Below are positions 1 through 13,303 of a stretch of 20,563 nucleotides of DNA, piece by piece. Under the pieces are notes generated by a model, which had not been told where the DNA came from, made no database searches, and saw only the letters and a list, made by a program, of their open reading frames with translations. Numbering within the stretch: the first letter of the stretch is position 1; each line of letters starts with the position of its first letter. The translations under genes were made by a program, and so were the position numbers. The stretch is from Catajapyx aquilonaris (lineage: Eukaryota): assembly GCA_000934665.2 (NCBI GenBank), contig KZ538329.1, positions 62,001-82,563 of the forward strand. Direction: 5' to 3'.

Positions 1-1115
1 CACTGAATAATTGATTTACAAATGGTCATTGTAAATGCAGAATCTGCTATGTACGAGGAATTAGCATGTAAAGACACAGAAAAATAAAAAGCTTTCGACC
101 TACACATTGGTGCATGAACAGCCGGACCATGTTTGAGGCGTTTTAAATAAATTGAGCCAATAGTGGACGTCCAACCACATGGCCATGGTCTCCCTACTAC
201 AATGACATATATGCAAGACCTGATCCCACTCCCACAATGTATTCCAAAAGTGGCTCAAATCTACACATAGCAGCTTGCGCATTTACAACAAAAAGTTCCA
301 CAAACAGGAATGAATTGCACATAAAAAGGTAGGTCAACACAATTCATTTAAAGAGGGATGGTAAATGAGTAACACAAAAAGAAAAACACATAGACACATT
401 TGGCAATAATAATAATTTGAAAAATGGGAAATCCAAAGGCTTTTTTTCAAGACCCTGCTTGGAAACCAACCCCCGTAAGACATGTGCAACAGCAATATCT
501 AGATAAGTAAAAGCATGAGGTGCCAAAAAGCAAAAAGGGCATCTTCATTTAAAAGAAAATTAAGTACCACAGACATAAAAAGAAAATGTGCCACAAGCAC
601 GGGCAAGAGTGATGTGCCACTCTGGGCAACACCCTAGATCCGCGAGTGATATGTTACAAAAAAAAAAAAACTTTTCTTGCGGCCATTTAAAAAAATATTT
701 GTTACAACCCTGGCAGGTTTAGTTATTAACGGATTCTACCGCATTAATTCCACAACTATTTTGTGACTACTGGAAGCTGTAATTTCACACTCTTTCTAGA
801 TCTATGGAATATTCCATTTATTGCAATCACTCACAAATGCCATACCACACCGGAGGTGAAGTACCAGAGAAGGTACAGAATTATTTTTAAAACCATACAA
901 CAATACGGTCCAAAACTGACGTTAGTGAATAACGTTGAAAAATTATAGCCATCCCCATGCACCAAAAATTGCAGCCACAGCCAAAAAACATTGAACATGG
1001 AAGAAACATGTCACACACACTCATGTAGTCACAGCTTTAAAAAAACAATTCACATTGCATTCAGCGGAACACATTGTCATGGCACTCGCACAACTAGAAA
1101 AAAGCAGAAAAGCAC

Positions 1116-1160
1116 CTCTTGTGGCTTCTCATTCATGCGACTGACGTTAGCAAAATGAAG
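1116..1160 (-). CDS. candidate 45-nt in-frame JNK cassette exon (LHFANVSRMNEKPQE)
   Basis: ttcttccag| acceptor and GAG|GTGCTT donor; phase 0-0 matches exon 6; no stop codon; U-rich flanks on the sense strand. Confidence 0.45.
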
Positions 1161-1233
1161 CTGGAAGAAGCCATCACACCACCTTGCCACCACCGACATA
1201 AAAAATAAAATTAAAAAATGCCAGTGCAAATCA

Positions 1234-5032
<3,799 letters not shown>

Positions 5033-5695
5033 CTGCAAAGAAAGAGAGAGAGAAAAAAAATCAGATTCCACTTTAACTACCCATTCATACCCATCCATAA
5101 ACGTTTGCCTAAGAATTTGCGGTACCAGACTCCACCTTTTTTTTTTTTTTCCTCTGGTCTGGAATAAATAAGTGGGCTGGCTGTCATTGAAGTCTGGCTG
5201 GCTCGACGGCAAGAACGCCAAACGTGTCCGGAATGAAAACAAGACTACACGTGACGTCCACCTGTCCTATTATTGTCCCAACGTCTCCAGATACAAGTAT
5301 GTCCCAAAAAGCAAGTTCAGGCATAACCACCTGAATTTTATACCATCTGTTGACGCCACTGCGAAAACATGGCTTCGAGGGTCTAACAACCTACATTGGT
5401 TGCTAATGAGAAATGCCAGCAACTCATTAAAGGAAGAAAAGCGTACCCCCACCATCCCGCTCGCAATATTAGGGGGAGTCCACTTGCAGCTTAATTAGGC
5501 CGAGAGCAGGGCACGTGGCGAGATATAAAATCTTTTGGAGAAATACTGCGCCCGTTCGTGTTTTTTCCCCCCCGCAGCGATGCATCAACACTATCGTAAT
5601 AGACTCGGACTTTCATGGGGCTATTTAGTAGGAGACGTCGATTGGAAGACGGAAACAGCGAGGAAAAATATATCAGGCGATTCACACCAACTACA

Positions 5696-5908
5696 TCTTT
5701 CTCCTAATACGCTTATTCTCTCCGTCGGATGTTTGTCCGAACTGATAGTATCGCTATCTCTCGTACGGTGGCAGGAATGTGCAGAGGAAATATGCGCCAT
5801 CTATCCGCGAAGAATAGTACTACGTGGAAAATCGGCGGGTCATCCCATTAAAGTTGTTTGATTGTCACTGTCATAAGTTTTGCCCAATTTTGGCAACGGG
5901 TTCGCTAG
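5696..5908 (+). mobile_element. non-autonomous mini-Helitron (213 bp)
   Basis: A|TCTTTCTCC... 5' end and ...CGGGTTCGCTAG|T 3' end; subterminal hairpin TTGCC(5880-5884)/GGCAA(5892-5896); inserted between A and T with no TSD. Confidence 0.7.
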
Positions 5909-6209
5909 TAACTGTAGAAATGCCTTTAAAGTATACTGTGCAGAGAGCACTGGATACAAAAATAAATCCGGGATTCAAATTATGGGCAACCAATATCCTA
6001 CTTTTTTAAAAAAAAAAAAAAATGATGTAATGCCCAAACTGACCGCACGGAAAAAATTGAAAAAAAGGAGATCTAATTGCGCTTAGTGTTGTATACCATT
6101 TAATATTATGCATTCCGGTGGCCACCAGCTTAAACCCGTGTTTCAGCTGCATCGGCTGCTGAATTATTTATGACAGTGACCCCAAAAACTGGGCTAAAAA
6201 TTTCGTCCG

Positions 6210-6235
6210 GCGCGCGCACACACACACACACACAC
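6210..6235. repeat. (GC)n(AC)n alternating purine-pyrimidine microsatellite
   Basis: gcgcgcgcacacacacacacacacac. Confidence 0.85.
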
Positions 6236-8002
6236 CCAAACTTCAGAGCGATACCAACTTTTGCCAGCCACAATGTGCTCGTTTTGTATGTTTTGGCACT
6301 GTTACTATGTGAAAAATTCGCAAACAAAATAAGTCCTTAGTGAAGTTATAAATTAACCTGGACTAGACTGCAGCGAGGGGAGGGGAAAAAATACCTCGTT
6401 TTTTTTATACCTCTGGCGAATCAATAGGTGCCTAATTTAGCAGTACAATCAGAAGTACTGTTTGCACGAGTCAACCATGCATAAAACACGGTCGATATTT
6501 CAGATTTATCGCTATTTTATTTGTGTATAGGGTGCTCCAATATGAGACGCACCTGGTTCGTTAAAACAGCAAACGAGCTATTAAATATTGGCAAACAAGC
6601 AGTAAAAAAAAAATGCGTGCAGAATCGACTCACAAAGAGACACCAACACAAGACTCAGTACAAGAACTTTCAATAACTTTTTTACTTCAGCTTGTATGGA
6701 AATGCAATTCAGTCGATTGAACAATGCTCGAATCTAAAAGTTGGACGCCACAAAAATTTCGCACAAAAATTCAGAAAGTTCATGGGGCCTTTCTGCGACC
6801 ATTGTAAACCGGAAAAAAAACAGAAACTGTCAAGCCCAGATTTTCGCAACTCAGAGAATACAGTACAGAGTCAGCGACTAATTATCTTCCATGTAACAAC
6901 CTGCACTACAGGCTAATTGTATATGAATGCAACTAAGCACAAACTGAGCCTCAATTTCCATTAACTTTCTTTCACACGCCAGGCCATAAAAATGATTTAG
7001 TGTTACTTGGACCTCTCTTTTAGTTAACTCGACGCTGAAAGGCCATATTGTGTCGGTAAGACGAAACTTGGACATCTTCCCCACTTGTTTCAGCCATAAT
7101 ATTGACTGGAGCCTTCCAAGTCCCCCCCATCCCCGTTTTGGGCCAGTTGTAGGGGGGAAAAGGACCAATAGTGAGGGTCCATCCCGCACTTGGATCCACA
7201 TCAAAACCAACACGCGGTGGGGGCGGGAAACATCCTTTTCAACAAAGCACCAGAGGAAGAAAAATGTTTGAAAAGCTCACTGCCACCCTCTCTCCCTTGC
7301 CTATTTCTCCCCCCTATATCCATTACACCTCCACCCCCCAACCCTCCCAACTCTACACACCCCACCCTCAGGACAGGATCGATGCAACCATCTAGTACAG
7401 CTTTATACTGGTAGTGGTGGTATATAGGGAGGGAGAGAAAGGCTCGTGCAGAATATATCCTACGAGCTCATGAAACTTCATCCTGCGGAATATTTCCCAC
7501 TCAAACGCTGCGAAATTACACTCCCACCAACAAGTCTGTTGCCAAAACACACACACAAAAAGTGTGACTGTATGGAACCATCCTGCACTACACGATACAA
7601 AAAAAGGGCTCTAACAACCTGGAGGAGTCTACAGAAAAGGTTATTTGCATTTTATGAAAAATACGAGCAGAGGCAGTGCATGGCTACGCCATCTGTTGCG
7701 CGCAGCAGGAACTTGTCGCCAGCGCCATCCGGTGGCGAATACGGGAACATCCAAACTCGAAAATCATAAATTGGAGGGTCTTGGTTGAAAATGTGGGGCT
7801 TTCGGACTTCCCCCTCAATCACTATCCGGCCTATACTCTGAGTGTCCCAAGTTTCAGCCCTGTCATTAGCCTGGAAGTGTGTTAGGTAGCTCGGACAAAC
7901 ATACAAACTTTCCCTTTTATACAATTGACTCCGGATGTAACAGACTTCCAGGGACCGCGGAAAAGTCTGCTGTACCCGGAAAAGTATGATTTTGAGTAAC
8001 TT

Positions 8003-8081
<79 letters not shown>

Positions 8082-8418
8082 GGGTGTAGGCGTACCCCTA
8101 TCGGGGTTTTGCCGGACCTTTATTATTAAACATCACCTACAACTGGTTCCTATTTGTATAGCGCCCGGGCCCACGGGCAGGAAGGGATGACAGGAGGGCA
8201 TGTGCAAGTGCAGTGCCTTGTCCGCATGTGGTCGTTTTGTGAGCTCCCCCGGGTGGATTAGTCTGTGGATATTCCACCCGAGACGAAGTCAGTGACGACA
8301 CTTTACTCTGCACGAGATGAAGGGGGTGTCCCCGGGCCGGGATCGAACCCGGGACCTTAACATCCGTGGGCGCGAACGTTACCGTTGCGCCACTTCGCCT
8401 CCCCCCCCCCCCTTTTTA
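8003..8418 (-). mobile_element. tRNA-derived SINE with (TTA)n tail, nested in the MITE
   Basis: Pol III A box TGGCGCAACGG (8392-8382), B box GGTTCGATCCC (8349-8339), trinucleotide tail about 8003-8081, perfect 11-bp TSD TTGAGTAACTT (7992-8002, 8419-8429). Confidence 0.9.
8004..8081. repeat. (TAA)n microsatellite, about 26 units (SINE tail)
   Basis: Uninterrupted taa repeats. Confidence 0.97.
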
Positions 8419-8441
8419 TTGAGTAACTTAGATCAGTGGCA

Positions 8442-8640
8442 GATGCGAAAATCACCCCCCTCGCGTGACTACTGGGTCAGAGTTACGGCGACCAGACCAT
8501 AAAGGCTCTACGCCCCAAAAAAAAGTGACTACTACGGCTAGTTGGTGTAGAGGTTGCGAACTAACCCGCTCACATGACTTCTACCGTTATCTGGCGTGGA
8601 AGTTGCGAAGTCACCCCCCTAACGTGAATACCTACCGCTA
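8442..8640 (+). repeat. degenerate ~49-bp tandem repeat inside the MITE
   Basis: Recurrent GTTGCGAA..(T)CACCC..GTGACTACTAC-like units; GTTGCGAA at 8553 and 8602, GATGCGAA at 8442. Confidence 0.65.
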
Positions 8641-9985
8641 TAGGTGATGCGGAAATAGTGAGCTCGCTGCACGCGTACTCACACACATCCGTGGCGGTGA
8701 ATCTAATATAAATCGTGCAAAAAACGCACATTTCCCCGCCGAGGGGCCGAGAAATGGTCTGTTAAACCCGAGGTGAGGTGAAAATGAGTCTGTTATATCA
8801 GGAGTAAAAAATGCACATGAATTATGGAAGTATGGATGGACCGGTCTTACGCGTCTGTTATGCTGTACCCGAGGCTGTTATATCCGGAGTCAACTGTATA
8901 AATAATGTATTGGCAGACTTCTCTGCGACTATCCTTGGGGTCTTTCCCATAGAGCAACATCGTGTCGAGGTCCATAAAATCAAAGATGGCGGTGGTGCAT
9001 CGGGCATCCAACCGCGCGATTAGGTCCCTCGCACCCACACGCCTCTTCCCAGCTGTGCAGCACTGTAATAGTGCTGTCGGGCACTATTTTTTTGGCCGCC
9101 ACATCGCAGTACCATACACATTAGTGGGAAGAGCCAGAAGGGAGATGGAAGTTGGTAGGGGGAAGGGAGCAGCCAGGGGATGGGGTGCATGGACATTGAT
9201 CGTCCGGTAGGGTTGGGTCCTGCGGGGCAATCTCTTTTCCTGGCTGCTGCTCTATACACAAGGCCATCTCTGTGGGGGTGGGAAATGGTGGTGGTGGGGG
9301 GGTTGTACCGGACCACGGACTCAACTTTGTTCCCCCGCCACCTTTGATCCGTTCGCAGGCCAGCGTTTCAAAGCATCCTTGCATGTTATGGACCTCCCCC
9401 CCCCCCCCTTCCACCCTCTCATTGCAATAATATTATCCCACTCAGGACTGCAGCCAACCCCATTCACACCCAGACACGGAGGCTGACGCCCACGTCGCGC
9501 AACTTGCTGCAGACCATTTTGGAAGGCACAGCTTCACCGAATTCATGCCGCTGACCTTTTCCCACCGGTGCTGTACAAAGTTGCACTATTATAAATCACA
9601 GGTAGTTAGTTGGCTAAAGTCACATCCAAAGTATGGGATGAACAAACGAGGTTTTGCTACAGAGTAATACGTACTGTACAACCACCATGTAGGCACGTAA
9701 CTAGTTAATATCGTTTGAGGGTGATTTTATAAGCAGTTAACTTCAAACGCTCCATTTCAGGCGAATGTACAGAAAACAATCAAGTCGACGATAATGCACA
9801 TTACGCAAGTTGACATATAGCTTACATGATTAAAAGTGAAATATTTTATGCGACAGATTTCATCTCATTATTTTCTACGCAAAAAGCAAATAATAGGTGC
9901 AGAATTTTCATAAAATATTCCGGGTCCTTGGGGGGGGGGGGGGGGTTATTATTCCTCGAAAAAATCCCCCCTGGCCTTTACAACC

Positions 9986-10414
9986 CTAGCGGGGAGATAG
10001 CGAAGTGAACTCTTCGGTGGGCAACGACAGAATGAACAGTTTCTCCTCCCACCCACCAGAGGGGCTGCCTACACCCACTGCGCATGCGTTGCACGCGGGC
10101 CAATAGAAAGCGTCGCGGTAACAATAATATGCGGCGGACCAATCAGAGGACTCGGTCATAGTCCGAAGCAGGTTGGCATAGTGGATAGGGCGTCCGACTG
10201 CTAATCGGGAGGTCCTGGGTTCGAATCCCGGGGCCGGCAACCCTGAACGTGGTTTTCTGCGGTTTTCCACGGTCCTTCCAGGAAAATTCCGGAGTTGCTT
10301 CCGCATAATAGGCCACAGCCGCTTCCTTCCCTCCCTATCCTTGGAGGTTGAAAGGCAATGCTGGGCCAACCTCCCTAATATCAATTATAAAGTCCGAAAC
10401 ATTTAGTAAGGAGA
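9986..10414 (-). mobile_element. non-autonomous Helitron-like element interrupted by a SINE
   Basis: Minus strand starts TCTCCTTACTAAATG (10414) and ends CCGCTAG (9986), with hairpin CGAAG/CTTCG (10001-10016) 11 nt before CTAG. The body is clearly similar to 20254-20410. Flanks are C|G rather than the canonical A|T. Confidence 0.7.
10168..10390 (+). mobile_element. tRNA-derived SINE (second family)
   Basis: A box TGGCATAGTGG (10174-10184), B box GGTTCGAATCC (10218-10228), partial cloverleaf, SINE-like body GGTTTTCTGCGGTTTTCC...GGCCACAGCCGCTTCCTTCC, 8-bp TSD AGTCCGAA (10160-10167, 10391-10398). Confidence 0.87.
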
Positions 10415-11764
10415 GGGGAAAAACCCCGCTTAAAATACAGCAGCTAACTATATCATTGGCTCTGTACTACACTTAACTGGACAAGCACACTAAACAAGTA
10501 CTGCGCACTCGAATGACGGGTTTGGTCTGAGGGTGGGAAGGGTCACGGTACGCATCGGTGGAAAACGCCGGGAAATCAATGCCCACTTGATGCATTGCCG
10601 AGCAATCCCAGAAGGAAACCTCCCCTCCCCATATGGCCAGTATTTAAAAAGTTGATGGGCGAAATTAGGCGCAGAGTTTATTGACGGGTCGATAGCCCCG
10701 AGTTATGGAAATGACTCCCTGAGTATGTAAATTGTGTTACAAAATGTTTGTTGCGGTACGGCTGTTGCTCGCAGCTCCGGATAAACATTCGGAAACGCAA
10801 TTACAGTGCTGGTTACTACTCGCAAGTTGCATTCGCAATTGTGCGAACTATTACTTTTTTTTGGGCTGGTACATGTTGATGCAAATATTTCTCATCCATC
10901 ATGGTATACGTTTGACATGTTTCACTGCATTTACGCAGGTAAAGCTAATAACCAAGTCGGCGTGGGTGTTTCGAGTGACTGAAAATTCCACTTACAGTTC
11001 CAGCGTCTACTTAGGCCTCGCTCATCAACTGAAAGTGTACTTAGTAGAAATTTCAACCGGAATTAACTACCGGAGTGAAAAAAAACCCCGAACGCTCGTG
11101 GCCTAAGCAGCTTATGAAGGACAGCTTCCAAAGCCTCTCCCTGATGTTCTGGACCACCTCCGCACGTATTAATTATTTCCATGTTTATACACCCACGGGA
11201 GCAACCTGGTGCGAGTCCGTCAAGATAACCTGGTCCTCCCTGGGCTTGTATACACTACAACCATCCTGTATATATGGCGCTTTTTAACAATTCCACGGAC
11301 GTTCTGGGCCCCTCTCGCTCTCCCTTAATGCCTGCAATTATATCGTGAGGGTGTCATTCCCAGCCTCAAAATGCAGACCCAGCCAATGAGATGGGCTGGC
11401 AAAAGCGCGCTCACGTGACGACTCTTCTCCCCAACTCTATTTGCCTCCTTAATTCTATTTGGCACTAACGTTATTACACGATACAGGACTCGTATCCCTC
11501 GGGAGCCAAAAGCCTCTTCAAATGACGCGCACTGTTTGCAGTTTAAAACTGGGTCTCGTTAATGCCTTGATTTTTCCCTCTCCCACCCAGCAAATGACCC
11601 CATCACCTTTCTGCCAGACTGCGAGGGGGGAAAAAAAATCATTTGAGGTCACATCTACCGGTTGTATAATCCTTTTAGGCCGCAAAAGCATATTTACGGA
11701 TTAGGCGCATGCGATATCTGGTCGTCATAAATTATTACCTGAGCTGCACTTTACTCGGAAAATA

Positions 11765-11913
11765 CAGTTCAATCCGAATATAACAGACTGGAAAGGCCGG
11801 TCCCGACACATACTTTCATAAGGGTTTTCATATGTATTTTTTACTCCTGATATAATATACTCATTTTCACCTCTCTTCGGGTATAACAGACAATTTTTTG
11901 GCCTCTCGGTCGG
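11765..11913 (-). mobile_element. second, one-ended copy of the pogo-like MITE (inverted relative to 8735-8896)
   Basis: TA|CAGTTCAATCCGAATATAACAG...TTTTTTACTCCTGATATAATATACTCATTTTCACCTC...CGGGTATAACAGAC...GGCCTCTCGG aligns with the reverse complement of the right arm of the 7922-8896 element; no partner TIR seen. Confidence 0.82.
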
Positions 11914-12049
11914 ACTGTTTTCGATTTCTCACGCAAGGAAAGCACTGCATAGGGAGCATGGGTGATTGTCCAATTTGTCACTGATCTAGGCGCTCCTATA
12001 GTCGTACATGGTACGGTCGCAAGCAGAACGTACTTTCCCCCTATTTGCA

Positions 12050-12226
12050 CCGTCAATTGGGGTGAGATTGTGCCAGTGCATATTTGGGCAACAGTGCGCC
12101 CTACTGGCAGAAAGCGAATTTAGGCATGTTTTACTACATCGAGGGAGGGTCAAGGTTGGAAATGACGAGTAAAATTCGCACTGTTGTCCAAAAAATGCGA
12201 TGGCACAATCTCACCCCGTTTCTCAC
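12050..12226. mobile_element. small MITE-like element with 17-bp perfect inverted repeat
   Basis: GGGGTGAGATTGTGCCA (12059-12075) and TGGCACAATCTCACCCC (12201-12217); outer termini degenerate, TSD not established. Confidence 0.65.
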
Positions 12227-13281
12227 ATCCTGCTGGTAACATGGACACATATAAGTCATGCACATTAATTTTATGGGGAATATATGCGCAAGAGGTAATT
12301 TGGGTCCTGCCGTGTGACGTTGCTGAAGTCAGAAAGTACTGACGTCACACACCTTTAATTGTTAGTCGCAATTGAAAAGCCATTGTTGCTGTTGCGACGC
12401 CAGCTGAATACATTATACTTGAGTGTCGCCATGTTGGGTTGCACGATACAGTCAGCCAATGAGTATTCCCAGCAGCAGCCACCGAGATTGGGATCGTGAG
12501 ACCAGCCAAATGTTATCTATCAGCAGGAAGACCTTCGACTATATTGTAGTAGGCCTACCAGAACGTATATGCTATCAGTGAGTGCCTCTACCTGCAGGCC
12601 ATGTCCGTAATCGTATACTCGTCCGACTTGTGTGTCGACCTCTGTACTTTCAGGGCATGTCTCGAAAACGCAACCGCGGTTACGTCACGCGCCTATCAGT
12701 CTGCACCCTCCAATCTTCCCTCCCCATATATACTAGTATAGTCGGTCGATTTCAGAAAAGAGACATGCCAATGCAGTGGTGCGGCGTGCATGGTGTCAAT
12801 TCATCCCCCTGCCAACTTTGGCGAGGTTGAAAATTTACAACAGAATGGCGGGGGGTTTCCAACTGTCGGATCAATATATAGAAAATGGTGGCAGCAGGTA
12901 CATCAGATAAACATTTTTGCTCAATGCTCCCAAGTTGTCAACAATGCTGCAGCCCCGGGCGCAACACGATTCTGTCATTTCGCACCCCCCCCCCCCTTTT
13001 AATTTTTTTTTCCTCTCCATTTCAATAACTGTGGGCGCTAATAGACGTCATTCCGACCCTGCATGTCACTCTCCGTCACGCCAATAGTGACGCCCCAGAG
13101 GACCGGAAAGTGTTCATGTTCAGACCAGCCCGTTTAGAAACCTCCGGGAAAAAAATCGGGGTCGCGTGACGTGAAGAAATTCCGGGTGATGTAAGTTCCT
13201 ATATGGCCGCATTGAATGGAAGTGCAGGGGTGGCGGCAGCACGGGGCAGAAACCCTCCCATTTTGATCAATACCATCAGTT

Positions 13282-13303
13282 TCTCTCTCTCTCTCTCTCT
13301 CTC
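13282..13303. repeat. (TC)n microsatellite
   Basis: About 11 tc units; also a GAGA-factor-type tract. Confidence 0.85.

Larger units (their letters stand above)
7922..8896. mobile_element. Tc1/mariner superfamily (pogo/Tigger-like) MITE
   Basis: 22-bp TIRs CAATTGACTCCGGATGTAACAG (7922-7943) and the reverse complement of 8875-8896, CAGTTGACTCCGGATATAACAG (20/22 identical); TA on both sides (7920-7921, 8897-8898); repeated subterminal GTCTGYT motifs; no transposase ORF. Confidence 0.88.

Noticed and set aside
6526..6560. Mariner-like terminus TATAGGGTGCTCCAA
   Set aside because: No partner inverted repeat found.
8330..8400. tRNA gene
   Set aside because: Acceptor and anticodon stems do not pair; the TSD and tail show it is a SINE head.
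8442..8640. CRISPR-like array
   Set aside because: Eukaryotic context, degenerate tandem units without unique spacers, and no cas genes.
8930..8943. 14-bp exact match TATCCTTGGGGTCT with the JNK acceptor region 5021-5034
   Set aside because: About one such match is expected by chance in a window of this size, and it does not extend.
8847..9038. Minus-strand ORF ending at a GC|GTAAGA donor, phase-compatible with the 4954 acceptor, near a YY1-like GCCATCTT motif
   Set aside because: The donor lies inside the MITE arm, a phase match has a 1-in-3 chance, and the peptide resembles nothing I recognise; needs transcript evidence.
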